DNA of 64,000 nucleotides, from the NCBI GenBank assembly GCA_020697295.1, contig JAJFBF010000005.1, positions 13,994 through 77,993 on the forward strand. The letters run 5' to 3'. This DNA is from Moraxellaceae bacterium (GTDB taxonomy: Bacteria; Pseudomonadota; Gammaproteobacteria; Pseudomonadales; Moraxellaceae). Below are positions 45,257-54,958 of this stretch, in pieces. A model generated the notes under the pieces. That model was not told the origin of the DNA, did not search any database, and saw only the letters and a program-made list of their open reading frames with translations. Numbering within the stretch: the stretch's first letter is position 1; every line of letters starts with the position of its first letter. Position numbers and translations under genes: made by a program.

Positions 45257-47023
45257 TCATTCGTCTTCCGGCCCTGATTCCGAGCAATCCATGAGATTTG
45301 ACAGCGCGTCCCGCAGCGACTGCTGCCGCTGCAAGTCGCCCAAGGAAAATGATCGGCGGGCGCCCGCCGGCGAAGCACTGTCGGCAAGGCGGACAAAACG
45401 GAGCGAGGCGCCCGGATCCGGGCAATAGGGGACGCAGGCGGCCACCTCCGGGCTATCAGGATGCAAGTACACCATCAGCTCCTGCAGCACGGTCTCGCCC
45501 TCGCGGGCAGCGAAGCTGTCGGCATCACGCAGCCGGTGGAGCAGCTCGTCGGTCATGGCCAAGCGTTCCCAGCGCGCGATGCGTTCCGGCAAGTGCAGCT
45601 GAATGGACGGGTCGGGCATCGCCTGAGTGATAAGCGACGTCGCTTCATCAAAGCCTGATGGCTCAAACTCATCTTCCGGATGGGGTGGTTGGACAGCGTC
45701 CAGATACGTCCAGTAGGCGGCGAAGGGCATCCTGTCCTGTGGGCACAAATAGAAGTAGGGCGGCTCGAAGGGGCCCTCGGGCATGCAGCCCTCCAGCCAG
45801 GCCAAGATGATGTCGATGGTCGCCTGCCGGGGTGGCTGATTGGCATAGGTCCTTGCCTCCCGCAGGATCCAGCCCGGCAGCGATTGCTCGAGCAGTACGG
45901 TGCAGCGCTCGGGCCAGGCCATGATATAGGCGGCCATCTCGCCGCCCTGAAGGCTGGCTTGGTAGCGGGCGATGCAGTTCTGCATGTAGATGCCTTCGAA
46001 TACCAGCCGGCCAATGGTCCGGATTGGCGTCAGCCAGGGCACGGCCGGAAGTGCAGGAGATGGAAAGTCGGCAGCGTCGGCCTGCGCGTCTGGCAAGACT
46101 CCCCTGGCCATGCGTGACTTGAATCGCCGCTCCATCCGGCGGAGTTGCCTCTCAAGCCATCTCACGTTCGGAGCCGCCTTCACGAGTCCCTTCAAGCCGC
46201 CCTTGCCCTGGAGCTGGCACTGGTAATCGAGCCGCTCAAGCGTCAGCACGAAAGTGTTCGGCCGTAATTTCTCGCCGGTCTTGAGGCAGCGATGGAAGAG
46301 AGGGGCGAGATCCTGTCCCCTGAGGTAGGTGCGGTCCAGGGCGAGCGCAAACGCCTGAAGGGTCACGAGCCGCTTCCGAAAAGGCCGGGATGACTGGAGG
46401 AAAGCGGGCAACAGCGGAGCGTAATTACGCATCTTGCCGTGGTCGAGCAATTCCAGGCGGTCAGCAAAGCGGCCGGGGAAGCAGGCGGCGAAATCCAGCA
46501 TGAGCCTGCCGTATTTGCGGGCGTCCAGTGGCGCAGGCCGAGCGTCGGCATCGTACCAGAACAGTTCCCGGCGAGGCCGTGACAGGAGTTCGCGTACGTG
46601 CAGCTGCGCCGCCGCCAGGCCCTTCAGCCTAAGCAGTTGCAGCCACTCCGCCACGTGTTGCCGGAAGCACGAAGGAAATGCCAGCAGTCCCTCCAGCTCT
46701 GGATGATGGCGCAGCAGGAACAGCACCTGAAGCTGGTCGAGATCGTCGCGACGCAGCCGTTCCAGCAGTCCGGCCGGAAATTGCGACCGCCACGCAGTCA
46801 GGTGGCTTGGGAGGCTCGCTTCCTCCAGATCCCTGATGCCCAGCGTCCATAGCCCGGCGTGCTGCCGGACGAGTGCATCCTGTCCCTCCACTGTGGCGTG
46901 CTCATCATTTTCCGCCGGGTACAGCCCGGCGTTCCAGCTGCCGAGGAGTGGTGGCAGCCGGATGCCCCGGCATGAGCTGACGTTGAAGCGGAGGCAGGCA
47001 TTGGTCGTGCTGGTCAGGTGCAC
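45257..47023 (-). CDS. PcfJ-like domain protein with C-terminal extension
   Basis: Core RLVFEGIYMQNCIARYQASLQGGEMAAYIM. GTG at 47023 is preceded by AAGGAG. The ORF track start at 47119 (TTG) is less likely. Confidence 0.7.
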   Translation of the reverse strand: MHLTSTTNACLRFNVSSCRGIRLPPLLGSWNAGLYPAENDEHATVEGQDALVRQHAGLWTLGIRDLEEASLPSHLTAWRSQFPAGLLERLRRDDLDQLQVLFLLRHHPELEGLLAFPSCFRQHVAEWLQLLRLKGLAAAQLHVRELLSRPRRELFWYDADARPAPLDARKYGRLMLDFAACFPGRFADRLELLDHGKMRNYAPLLPAFLQSSRPFRKRLVTLQAFALALDRTYLRGQDLAPLFHRCLKTGEKLRPNTFVLTLERLDYQCQLQGKGGLKGLVKAAPNVRWLERQLRRMERRFKSRMARGVLPDAQADAADFPSPALPAVPWLTPIRTIGRLVFEGIYMQNCIARYQASLQGGEMAAYIMAWPERCTVLLEQSLPGWILREARTYANQPPRQATIDIILAWLEGCMPEGPFEPPYFYLCPQDRMPFAAYWTYLDAVQPPHPEDEFEPSGFDEATSLITQAMPDPSIQLHLPERIARWERLAMTDELLHRLRDADSFAAREGETVLQELMVYLHPDSPEVAACVPYCPDPGASLRFVRLADSASPAGARRSFSLGDLQRQQSLRDALSNLMDCSESGPEDE

Positions 47024-47111
47024 GTGGGCTCCTTCTTGCTCTGGCCTCGGTGCCGGCCTGAGTGGCCGGCACGGTGGAATGCGATGGCGTTGGTCATCGG
47101 ATGCCTCCAGA

Positions 47112-49280
47112 TCAGACAAACCCCATCGACTGCTGCTGCCCGTCCTCCTTCAACGCACATTCCTCGCGCAGCCGTTGCAGCACCGCGCCCGGTGCGCCGA
47201 ACTTGCGGAAGCGGTGCTGCCGCGCCACCACCGCGAAATCCCCCGGCGTCAGCACTTTGAGACGGTCAATCTCAATGCGAAGCGATGCGTCAGGCGTATC
47301 CAGCGCCAGGCCTTCGCACAGCCGCTCGAACAGCGTCCACGCCTGCTCCGCCTGCAGATAGCCAAACTGCAGCTTCTCGTCGAAGCGCCGCAGCGCTGCC
47401 TGGTCCAGCCCCTGCATCAGGTTGGTGGAGGCGATGAAGATGCCCTCGAAGTTGTCCATCTGCGTCAGCATCTCGTTGACCCCGCTGACCTCCCAGGATT
47501 GCCTCGCGCCGCGCCGGTCCTGCAGGAAACTGTCGACCTCGTCGATCAGCAGGATGGACTTGGACTGCGACGCCTCGCGAAAGGCGGCCGCCAGGTTCTG
47601 CTCCGTGCCGCCGACATACATGTCGAGCAGGTCCGAGCACTTCTTGACCAGCAACGGCATGCCGAGCTGGTCCGCCAGCCAGCGCCCGTAGGCGCTCTTG
47701 CCTGTGCCCGGGGGGCCATACAGGCAAAGGCGGGCGTTCCGGTTCTCGCGCAGGCCCTCGGCCAGGGCCGTGAGGTCCGTGTCCACATTCACGAAGCGCG
47801 GGTCGTACCAGGCGGGCAGGGCGCCTTCGTGCTTGCGCACCGGCTCGTGGCCCTGGGCGGTCAGCGTGTTGTTGACCAGCAGCTCCATGGCGCTGCCGCG
47901 ACGGTCGGGGGAAAGGTCGTCACGCACGGCCGAGATCACGGCGGCGGCGCGCGCAATGACGGCGGGCGAGAGCGCCTCGGCGCTGGCGATGCGCGTGATG
48001 GTGCCTTCATCCAGCAGGTCGCCGGCATGGTCGCGGACGATGCGCTCGCGCTCCTGTCGGGGCGGCACGCCCAGCTCCATCACCATGTCGAAGCGGCGCA
48101 GGAAGGCCTGGTCCATGCAGCGGATGGAGTTCGTCAGCCACAGCGTGGGCACCGGGTTTTCTTCCAGCATCCGGTTGATCCAGGCCTTGCGCAGCTGCGC
48201 CGTGCTCTTGCGGCCCCAGGGGCCGTCGCCGTCGTTGAACACGTCCTCGATCTCGTCGAAGAGCAGCAGCGCGCGGTGGCTGACGAGCAGCGACTGCGCC
48301 GCATTGTAGGAGCGCAGACGGTTCTCTCCGCGCACCGGATCCCCTTCCTCGTCCTCGCTCGCCACCTCGAAGAGCTCGCTGCGAGTTTCGCTCGCCAGCA
48401 TCCGCACCATTTCGCTCTTGCCTGTCCCGGGCGGTCCGTAGATCAGCACATTCACGCCTGTCCTGTGCTGCTCCAGCGTGCGCTGCAAATAGGGCAGGAG
48501 GATCTCCAGTTCCCGGGCCGCATGCGGATAGTTGTCCCGCGCCAGGGTGCCGGGCCGGCTGAGAAAGACCGTGTCCCGGATCAGCTGCAGCGGATCCTGT
48601 TCCTCCGACTGCATGCGGTCGACGAAGCGCAGGGAAACGACGTCCAGCTTGCCCTTGAGCGGAGGGGAGGAGGAATTGATGTCGACCGTGACCAGTCCAC
48701 AGCGGGCGAGGCCGCCCTTGCTGGAGAGGGCGAATTTTACCGCCACCTCCGGCAGGTCGAGGACAATCGCCAGGACGCTGGACACGCGCCGGGTGGACAG
48801 CCCGCCCAGGAAGTCGGCGGCATCATCGAGCGAGCGTTCCGAGTGCAGCAACACCGTGAACTCCAGGATCCGGCGCTCGGCCTCATCCAGGCCGAGCTTG
48901 TCGGCCAGGCGACTCGCGTTGGCGCCCAGCGTCGCCGGAACTTCCCGGGTGGCGGCCGTCTTCTCCGCGCGGGCGTGCAGCCGCCGCAGTTTGGCCAGCG
49001 CGCTGCGCGGATTGTAGGTGCTCCCCTCCGCCGGCAGATCCTCGAACTCCGAGTCGCAGGAGGGAGAGGTCTGCAGGCCCAGGCTGATCGCCAGGTCGTC
49101 GTTGTTGTAGCCATGCGGGCTGAGGAAGCGCTGGTGGCCGGACAGGGAGATCAGCAGGCGCAGGATCCAGAGCTCGATGATGGGCTGCAGCACCTGCCCG
49201 GTGGGGTACAGGCTGTCCTGGAACAGCATGTTGAGTTCTTCAATGCTGTGCTGGGTGGACGGACGCTTCCGGCGGGGCAT
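47112..49280 (-). CDS. tandem AAA+ ATPase (two classical AAA modules)
   Basis: VLIYGPPGTGKSEM + LLLFDEIED + AFLRRFD. CLYGPPGTGKSAYG + ILLIDEVDSF + AALRRFD. ATG at 49280 with GAGGAG SD. Confidence 0.9.
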   Translation of the reverse strand: MPRRKRPSTQHSIEELNMLFQDSLYPTGQVLQPIIELWILRLLISLSGHQRFLSPHGYNNDDLAISLGLQTSPSCDSEFEDLPAEGSTYNPRSALAKLRRLHARAEKTAATREVPATLGANASRLADKLGLDEAERRILEFTVLLHSERSLDDAADFLGGLSTRRVSSVLAIVLDLPEVAVKFALSSKGGLARCGLVTVDINSSSPPLKGKLDVVSLRFVDRMQSEEQDPLQLIRDTVFLSRPGTLARDNYPHAARELEILLPYLQRTLEQHRTGVNVLIYGPPGTGKSEMVRMLASETRSELFEVASEDEEGDPVRGENRLRSYNAAQSLLVSHRALLLFDEIEDVFNDGDGPWGRKSTAQLRKAWINRMLEENPVPTLWLTNSIRCMDQAFLRRFDMVMELGVPPRQERERIVRDHAGDLLDEGTITRIASAEALSPAVIARAAAVISAVRDDLSPDRRGSAMELLVNNTLTAQGHEPVRKHEGALPAWYDPRFVNVDTDLTALAEGLRENRNARLCLYGPPGTGKSAYGRWLADQLGMPLLVKKCSDLLDMYVGGTEQNLAAAFREASQSKSILLIDEVDSFLQDRRGARQSWEVSGVNEMLTQMDNFEGIFIASTNLMQGLDQAALRRFDEKLQFGYLQAEQAWTLFERLCEGLALDTPDASLRIEIDRLKVLTPGDFAVVARQHRFRKFGAPGAVLQRLREECALKEDGQQQSMGFV

Positions 49281-49449
49281 GGCGGTCTCCTCTTGTTCTT
49301 GGGAGACCATGGTGCTCGCGTATTACGACAGGATGTGTCGCACCCGGTTGGGCCGGCGCTCGGGCTATGGGCCTCGGAACCTGGCGGCGCTTGCCCTGGC
49401 CTTGACCGGACTTTAGGGTTGTCGGCACCAGGCACCAGAAGGGCTCGAC

Positions 49450-49926
49450 ATGCTGGCAATCATTGAAGAATGGATCGATGCGACTCTCGCAAGCCACGCT
49501 GCCGAGAGAGTGTCGTGCGTGAGCCTGTCTCCGCATTTCGAAGGTTATTTTTCGCGGGAATTCCTTTCCCAAAGCTACTTTGTAGTGACGGATGAGCTTC
49601 CCAAGCCTGACTTCCCGGCGCTGCACGACCTGGGCCTGGGAGGATTCCTGGCCCTGGACGCCGATGGCATCACCTACAAGGACACCTATTTCATCCGGCC
49701 GGCCGTGGTCGATAAGGTCGATTTGCACTTTCACGAGCTGGTACATGTCGCCCAGTGGCGGCATCTGGGCGCCCCGGCCTTTATCGAGCGCTATGCCCGG
49801 GAATTGCTGCAATTCGGCTATGAGCGGGCGCCGCTCGAGGAGATGGCCTACTCGCTGCAGCGATATTTTTGCGCCGGCAACGGCAGGCCTGTGGATGTGC
49901 GGAAGTTTGTGCTGGCACGGTGTTGA
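49450..49926 (+). CDS. HExxH protein (DUF4157-like putative metallopeptidase)
   Basis: DLHFHELVHVAQWRHLG resembles the DUF4157 HExxHxxQ signature as I recall it. 158 aa. Confidence 0.55.
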   Translation: MLAIIEEWIDATLASHAAERVSCVSLSPHFEGYFSREFLSQSYFVVTDELPKPDFPALHDLGLGGFLALDADGITYKDTYFIRPAVVDKVDLHFHELVHVAQWRHLGAPAFIERYARELLQFGYERAPLEEMAYSLQRYFCAGNGRPVDVRKFVLARC

Positions 49927-50029
49927 GTCGGGCAGGCTAGACAGAAGGCTGCGTGCAGTGGCCGAAGCTGTAGTCGTGAATGCGCAAGTCCTAAGGTCGG
50001 AAGTATATGCACGATGTGCTTCTGGCCAA

Positions 50030-50854
50030 TCAGGCCAGAAAAATGTAGGCCCCGTAGGACAGTCCGCGAACCAGGGGGCAGGCCACTATCACCATGGCTT
50101 CTTCGCTGCAGAAGGGCGCCAGGTGTTCGCCGGCAATCGTGTACTCATCAAGTCCGATGGTCTCGGGCATCACCAGAACGCAGCAGAGCCATTTCCCGGC
50201 AAAGTAGGGAGGAAGGCTCGTCATCATGTCACGCATGCGGTCCTCGCCGGTGTCTGCGAGCGGCATCCACAGCACATGACCTTCTCCTGTGCCTCGCATG
50301 GTTGAGAAGTCTTCGAAGTCGATGCAGATTATTGTGGGGGCATTCACGGTGCTCCAGAGAGCCTGCGCCGCATCGAGGGCCCTCAAACCTGCGGCGGGAG
50401 GGAAAAGCTGGTCGACCTGGTCCAGCAAAGCTTGCCGCAGTGCGTGAGGTAGCGGGCCCGGGACATTCTGAAAGACCGTTACCAGGTTGCCCCTCGCCTT
50501 GGCGTGGCGCGCGATAACCAGGGCGATCAACAGCGAATCTGGCGGCGTCCCGATGACCAGGGTTACCCAGCCGATGCCGGACATTATCTCCGCCAGGGTT
50601 TGCTCGTTGGTGTCTATGACGTGATCTGCAGGCAGTGCTAGCGGGTCATCAGCGGTGCCGCCCGCAAGGCTTCTTGGCAGGGTAAGGCGGATGCAGGGCA
50701 GCCCGGCGCTCGGTTCGGCTCCGGGTGTAAGGGCCTGGTAGGCTGGAAGATCCTCCTGCCCGAATGCCAGCCCGGCAATGCCGGTCTCGGCCTCCCCGCA
50801 AATGATGAGGTTGGCGAACGGGGGGTATTCTTTAATTTCGAACACATCGGGCAT
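50030..50854 (-). CDS. degenerate FtsZ/tubulin-like protein (paralog of 20407-21201)
   Basis: ANLIICGEAETG / WVTLVIGTPPDSLLIALVIARHAKARGNLVTVF / IICIDFEDFSTMR / CCVLVMPETIGLDEYTIAGEHL...MVIVACPL...YIFL. ATG at 50854 with GGAG SD. Both paralogs start with MPD. Confidence 0.6.
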   Translation of the reverse strand: MPDVFEIKEYPPFANLIICGEAETGIAGLAFGQEDLPAYQALTPGAEPSAGLPCIRLTLPRSLAGGTADDPLALPADHVIDTNEQTLAEIMSGIGWVTLVIGTPPDSLLIALVIARHAKARGNLVTVFQNVPGPLPHALRQALLDQVDQLFPPAAGLRALDAAQALWSTVNAPTIICIDFEDFSTMRGTGEGHVLWMPLADTGEDRMRDMMTSLPPYFAGKWLCCVLVMPETIGLDEYTIAGEHLAPFCSEEAMVIVACPLVRGLSYGAYIFLA

Positions 50855-51324
50855 GGCACATCTCCGGTTGGCGGAGTGAGCATGTGCAGTACTTGCGACA
50901 GCCAATGTCGTGTTCCGGGGAAGGGCCATGCCTGCCTGCGACCAGAGAAGCCTGTCTGGATGGCGACTGCTGTCCGGCTGGATCGGCAGTCGCCATTTTC
51001 AGCTAGTGCTTCTAATTCAACGGCAGTCCAAGCATCCAGAGCACATGCAGGTGCCGGGGTGGCAGATACATCCATGATGTAACCCCGGCTGGGCACGAAG
51101 AGGGAAACCAGCTCCGGTTCCCGGTTGTAGACAATGCTGACCCGGTCGAAGCTGAAGGCTCCTTCCCGGTGCAGGCGGGCGCGAAGTACCCCGCGGACCT
51201 GGCTCACGTGGTAGTCCCGCTGCAAGACGAGGGGATGTCCGGGCAGTGTCGGAACCCAGGTAAATCCGGACTGAACCAGCCGGTCCTCCAGGTCAGGAAT
51301 GCGGGCCTCACTGACTGTTTCCAT
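50638..51324 (-). CDS. hypothetical protein, 3' part doubtful
   Basis: The first 125 codons or so look protein-like (METVSEARIPDLEDRLVQSGFTWV...). The last 100 codons or so are Pro/Arg/Gly-rich and overlap the FtsZ-like gene by 217 nt. Confidence 0.35.
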   Translation of the reverse strand: METVSEARIPDLEDRLVQSGFTWVPTLPGHPLVLQRDYHVSQVRGVLRARLHREGAFSFDRVSIVYNREPELVSLFVPSRGYIMDVSATPAPACALDAWTAVELEALAENGDCRSSRTAVAIQTGFSGRRQAWPFPGTRHWLSQVLHMLTPPTGDVPCPMCSKLKNTPRSPTSSFAGRPRPALPGWHSGRRIFQPTRPLHPEPNRAPGCPASALPCQEALRAAPLMTR

Positions 51325-51548
51325 GGCGATCCTCCGTTGTTGAGTTCACGCTAACCCGGATTCCGGATTCGTCAACGGCCTCTAACCCGCCGGCTCACTG
51401 CTCAGCAACGACGCGGGTTTCAGAGAGCTTCAGATGGAGGTTGGCGGATGATGGTCATACCACTTATTGAATTCAGTGAGACAGGTTCTGTCGCATGTGG
51501 CGCGTAGAATCCGCCGGCCCACCTGGATTACAGAAACGGAGCCTTCCC

Positions 51549-52136
51549 ATGGCGATACCCCCAGGCACACCTGGCGCATCAGGCCAGAAAGTCCGAACCA
51601 GCCAGTCGCATCCGCTCAGAATCGATGTATTGCCGGCGCCGTGGAGTCTTGGATTTATTGGTATGACCATTTGTCCGGGCAAGAAAGGCGAGTCGGTTTA
51701 CGGCGCCGCCTGGGACCGGGATCTGGCCACTGACCTCGACGCCATAGAGGCTTGGGGAGCGGAGTGCGTTGTCACCCTGATGGAGGACTTCGAGTTCGCC
51801 ATGCTGGGCATTCCTGACTTTCCTTCCGTCATGGCCGCGCAGTCCTTCGAGTGGCTGCACCTCGAGATTCGGGATGCTGACGTCCCGGATCACCGATTCG
51901 AGAGCGCCTGGCCATTGGCCCGGGAGAAGCTCCTGGCCGTACTGGAGCGAGGCGGGAGAGTGCTGGTCCATTGCCGGGGCGGTCTTGGCCGCACGGGTCT
52001 CATGGTGGCCCGGCTTCTGGTAGAACAGGGCATGGCTGCCGAGGAGGCAATCCGGCTGACCCGGTCAGTACGACAGGGAGCCATCGAGACAAAGGCGCAG
52101 GAGCGACATGTGCTGGCCCTGGTTCCACTGACCTGA
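51549..52136 (+). CDS. CX5R protein-tyrosine / dual-specificity phosphatase (CDKN3-like)
   Basis: Active site VLVHCRGGLGRTG. ATG at 51549. Confidence 0.8.
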   Translation: MAIPPGTPGASGQKVRTSQSHPLRIDVLPAPWSLGFIGMTICPGKKGESVYGAAWDRDLATDLDAIEAWGAECVVTLMEDFEFAMLGIPDFPSVMAAQSFEWLHLEIRDADVPDHRFESAWPLAREKLLAVLERGGRVLVHCRGGLGRTGLMVARLLVEQGMAAEEAIRLTRSVRQGAIETKAQERHVLALVPLT

Positions 52137-52601
52137 ACCACCTGCGAGCCGGATGATGGTCCGGTACCCGAGGGAGTCCTGGACCAACTGCGCAAGGCGG
52201 TGCCTCAGGACCAGGCCTCGAATGTCAGCAGTTCGCTATTCCTCAGGCATCGCTTCCGAACGATTCGCAGCGCGACTGATGGGGCTCCGCCCTTTAGAGC
52301 CGGTTGCCTCCGAACACCCTTGGAGGCAGTCATGGGCCTCCGGGCGTAGTGCATTTGCTGCTCAAAAAACGCTCAAAAATGACCCCTTCCTTATATAGGT
52401 AGGGGTCAGCCTGATTGCGCAGCGCAACTCGGCCGAGTGTCAGGTCTTGCCCGGCTGGGGCTCCTGCCGAGACTGACTCCCACCTTGTTTTTGAATCTCC
52501 CTGTTTGGAAAGCCGCGCCAGACCTGGGTTTGCGTGGGTATCCGGAGGGTAAGGCGGGGTAGGGTGGTAGTGTTTATTTCTTTGACATGGAATTCTCCGA
52601 A

Positions 52602-52639
52602 ACCCGCCGTCCGCAAGGACGGCGGGTTTTGTGCTTTTG
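52602..52639 (+). terminator. orphan rho-independent terminator
   Basis: CCCGCCGTCCgcaaGGACGGCGGG followed by TTTTGTGCTTTT. No convincing CDS within 460 nt upstream. Confidence 0.6.
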
Positions 52640-52736
52640 GGGGTCAGGCAATGAGCACTATTCTTATGGGCAGTATTGCCGGGAAGGGTGGCCAGAACGG
52701 CTGTCCCTCTGCCGCTGACCGGAAGGAGACTCTGGG

Positions 52737-53243
<507 letters not shown>

Positions 53244-53368
53244 TGGGCACTGTGCTGGGAGCAGGGCGGCAGGCCTCACGGGATGGCGATAAATTTCCGC
53301 AAGAAATCTATTCGGCAAATGGCCTTATCGGTTTGTAAGAAACTGAATTAGTTTAATAATTTCAATGA

Positions 53369-53390
53369 AATATCTATTCAATATCTATTC
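53369..53390 (+). promoter_or_regulatory. two perfect tandem 11-bp units (candidate operator) upstream of a WYL regulator gene
   Basis: AATATCTATTC AATATCTATTC in an AT-rich spacer, 230 nt upstream of 53620. Confidence 0.45.
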
Positions 53391-53619
53391 ATGCAGTCTA
53401 TGGGCCGCGCCTGTCCTCCCATCCTGCTCGGCCCCGCTCAGTGTTTCCCGAGCTATCTTCCTTCCCCCGCTTTGCTAACGTGCTGTCGTCAAAGCCGACA
53501 TGTCGATACTGGCCACAGGAACCGGTACACAATCGGAATATGTCGCATTTTCAGGCAGATGGTTCACCGCAAGGGGAGCCGATAGCCTTTGAGCCCGTCT
53601 TGGGATAAGGGGAAGGACC

Positions 53620-54489
53620 GTGGAAGACACCACCCGATCGGCATGGCCCGAGCGCTGGGATTTGCTGTTGCGCTATCGCCTGATCGAGATCATCGCGCTC
53701 TGGGAAGGGCGCCTGACCACCAATCACCTGACCCGCGCCTTCGGCATCGGCCGCCAGCAGGCCTCCAAGGACATCAACACCTATCTGGGCAAGACCGGCG
53801 GCAATCTCGTTTATGACAAGAACCTCAAGGGCTACAAGCCGGGCCCGGATTTTCGTCCGCGCTTCACGCGCGGGGTGGCCGATGAATACCTGCAATTGCT
53901 GGCCGCGCAAAATGACTTGGCGGAGAGCATCGGCGAGCTCAATGTCCGCCTGCCCAACACCGAGGTGATCGCGCCGCCGGCGCGCCTGATCCGCCCGCTG
54001 GTGCTGCAGCGCGTCGTGCGCGCCTGTCGCGAGAAGCTGCGCCTGGAGATCGTCTACGGCTCCATGGCCAATCCCGAGCCCGAGACGCGCGTCATCCAGC
54101 CGCATACCCTGGTGTACAACGGTTATCGCTGGCATGTGCGCGCCTGGTGCGAGAAAAACCGGGATTTCCGCGATTTCGTGCTGACGCGGATCTATGACGA
54201 GCCGGACTGGCTGACCGAGCAGACGATGCCCGTGGAAGCGGACGAGGCCTGGAACACCCGGGTCGATATCGAGGTAGTGGCCGATAGCCGTCTCACGCCG
54301 GCCCAGCAACGGCTGGTAGCGGAGGACTGGGGCTTCGAGCACGGCGTGCTGCGGATTCCGACGCGGGCGGCACTGGTGGCCTACAGCCTGCAGTTGTTCC
54401 GGCTGGCGCCGGGCATGCGCGATGCCACCGAACTGGAGCAGCCCCTGCATGTCCGTAACCTGGAGCAGTTGCAGCGCTGGGTGTTCTGA
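53620..54489 (+). CDS. HTH + WYL-domain transcriptional regulator
   Basis: RLTTNHLTRAFGIGRQQASKDINTYL (HTH). QPHTLVYNGYRWHVRAWCEKNRDFRDFVLTRI (WYL). GTG start with GGGGAAGGA. Confidence 0.8.
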   Translation: MEDTTRSAWPERWDLLLRYRLIEIIALWEGRLTTNHLTRAFGIGRQQASKDINTYLGKTGGNLVYDKNLKGYKPGPDFRPRFTRGVADEYLQLLAAQNDLAESIGELNVRLPNTEVIAPPARLIRPLVLQRVVRACREKLRLEIVYGSMANPEPETRVIQPHTLVYNGYRWHVRAWCEKNRDFRDFVLTRIYDEPDWLTEQTMPVEADEAWNTRVDIEVVADSRLTPAQQRLVAEDWGFEHGVLRIPTRAALVAYSLQLFRLAPGMRDATELEQPLHVRNLEQLQRWVF

Positions 54490-54958
54490 AGAGGCGCGCA
54501 GTTGAAAGGGTCGCCGGCAGAGGGCTTCAGGAACAATCGGCCAACTCCCTTTGGCTTGAGTCAATTGCCCCGTCTGGGCTGCCATTGGCGCAACGGGAGC
54601 CAGGAAGGGGGGAAATGACCGCTTCCGGCGGGTGGCGCCTGTCGGGGGCCAGGATCAGTCAGCAAGGGTGGCGGCTGGCGTCAGTCCACGGCCTGGAGCC
54701 CGGCTTTCCGGGAGGCGCCAGGCCCCGTGGCACGTGATCGGCACCAGTCTCCGTCGCCCATGTGGCAGGCTGCTACTCCCCCCGAGTGGGAAGGATTCCC
54801 GCCGGCGGGAGTGTCAACTACCCCCTGAGTCCGATACCCCCCCACGTTTTGCGGACGAACTGCACGTTTGGCTGCAAGGCCACGCGCTCCGGCGTGGCAT
54901 CATGGCTGAAATGGCCTTTAAGGGGCCTTTCCGTACTTCTTAATAGGTAGCCTGTTTG

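Noticed and set aside
46836-49466. 876-aa ORF antisense to the AAA+ ATPase
   Set aside because: The opposite strand has two complete AAA modules. The antisense translation has no motifs and a GC-driven composition.
53391-53585. 64-aa ORF starting right after the 11-bp tandem repeats
   Set aside because: Cys/Arg/Pro-rich translation and no SD, so it is more likely the leader or promoter region of the WYL gene.
53551-54585. 344-aa ORF antisense to the second long WYL regulator
   Set aside because: Shadow ORF for the same reason.
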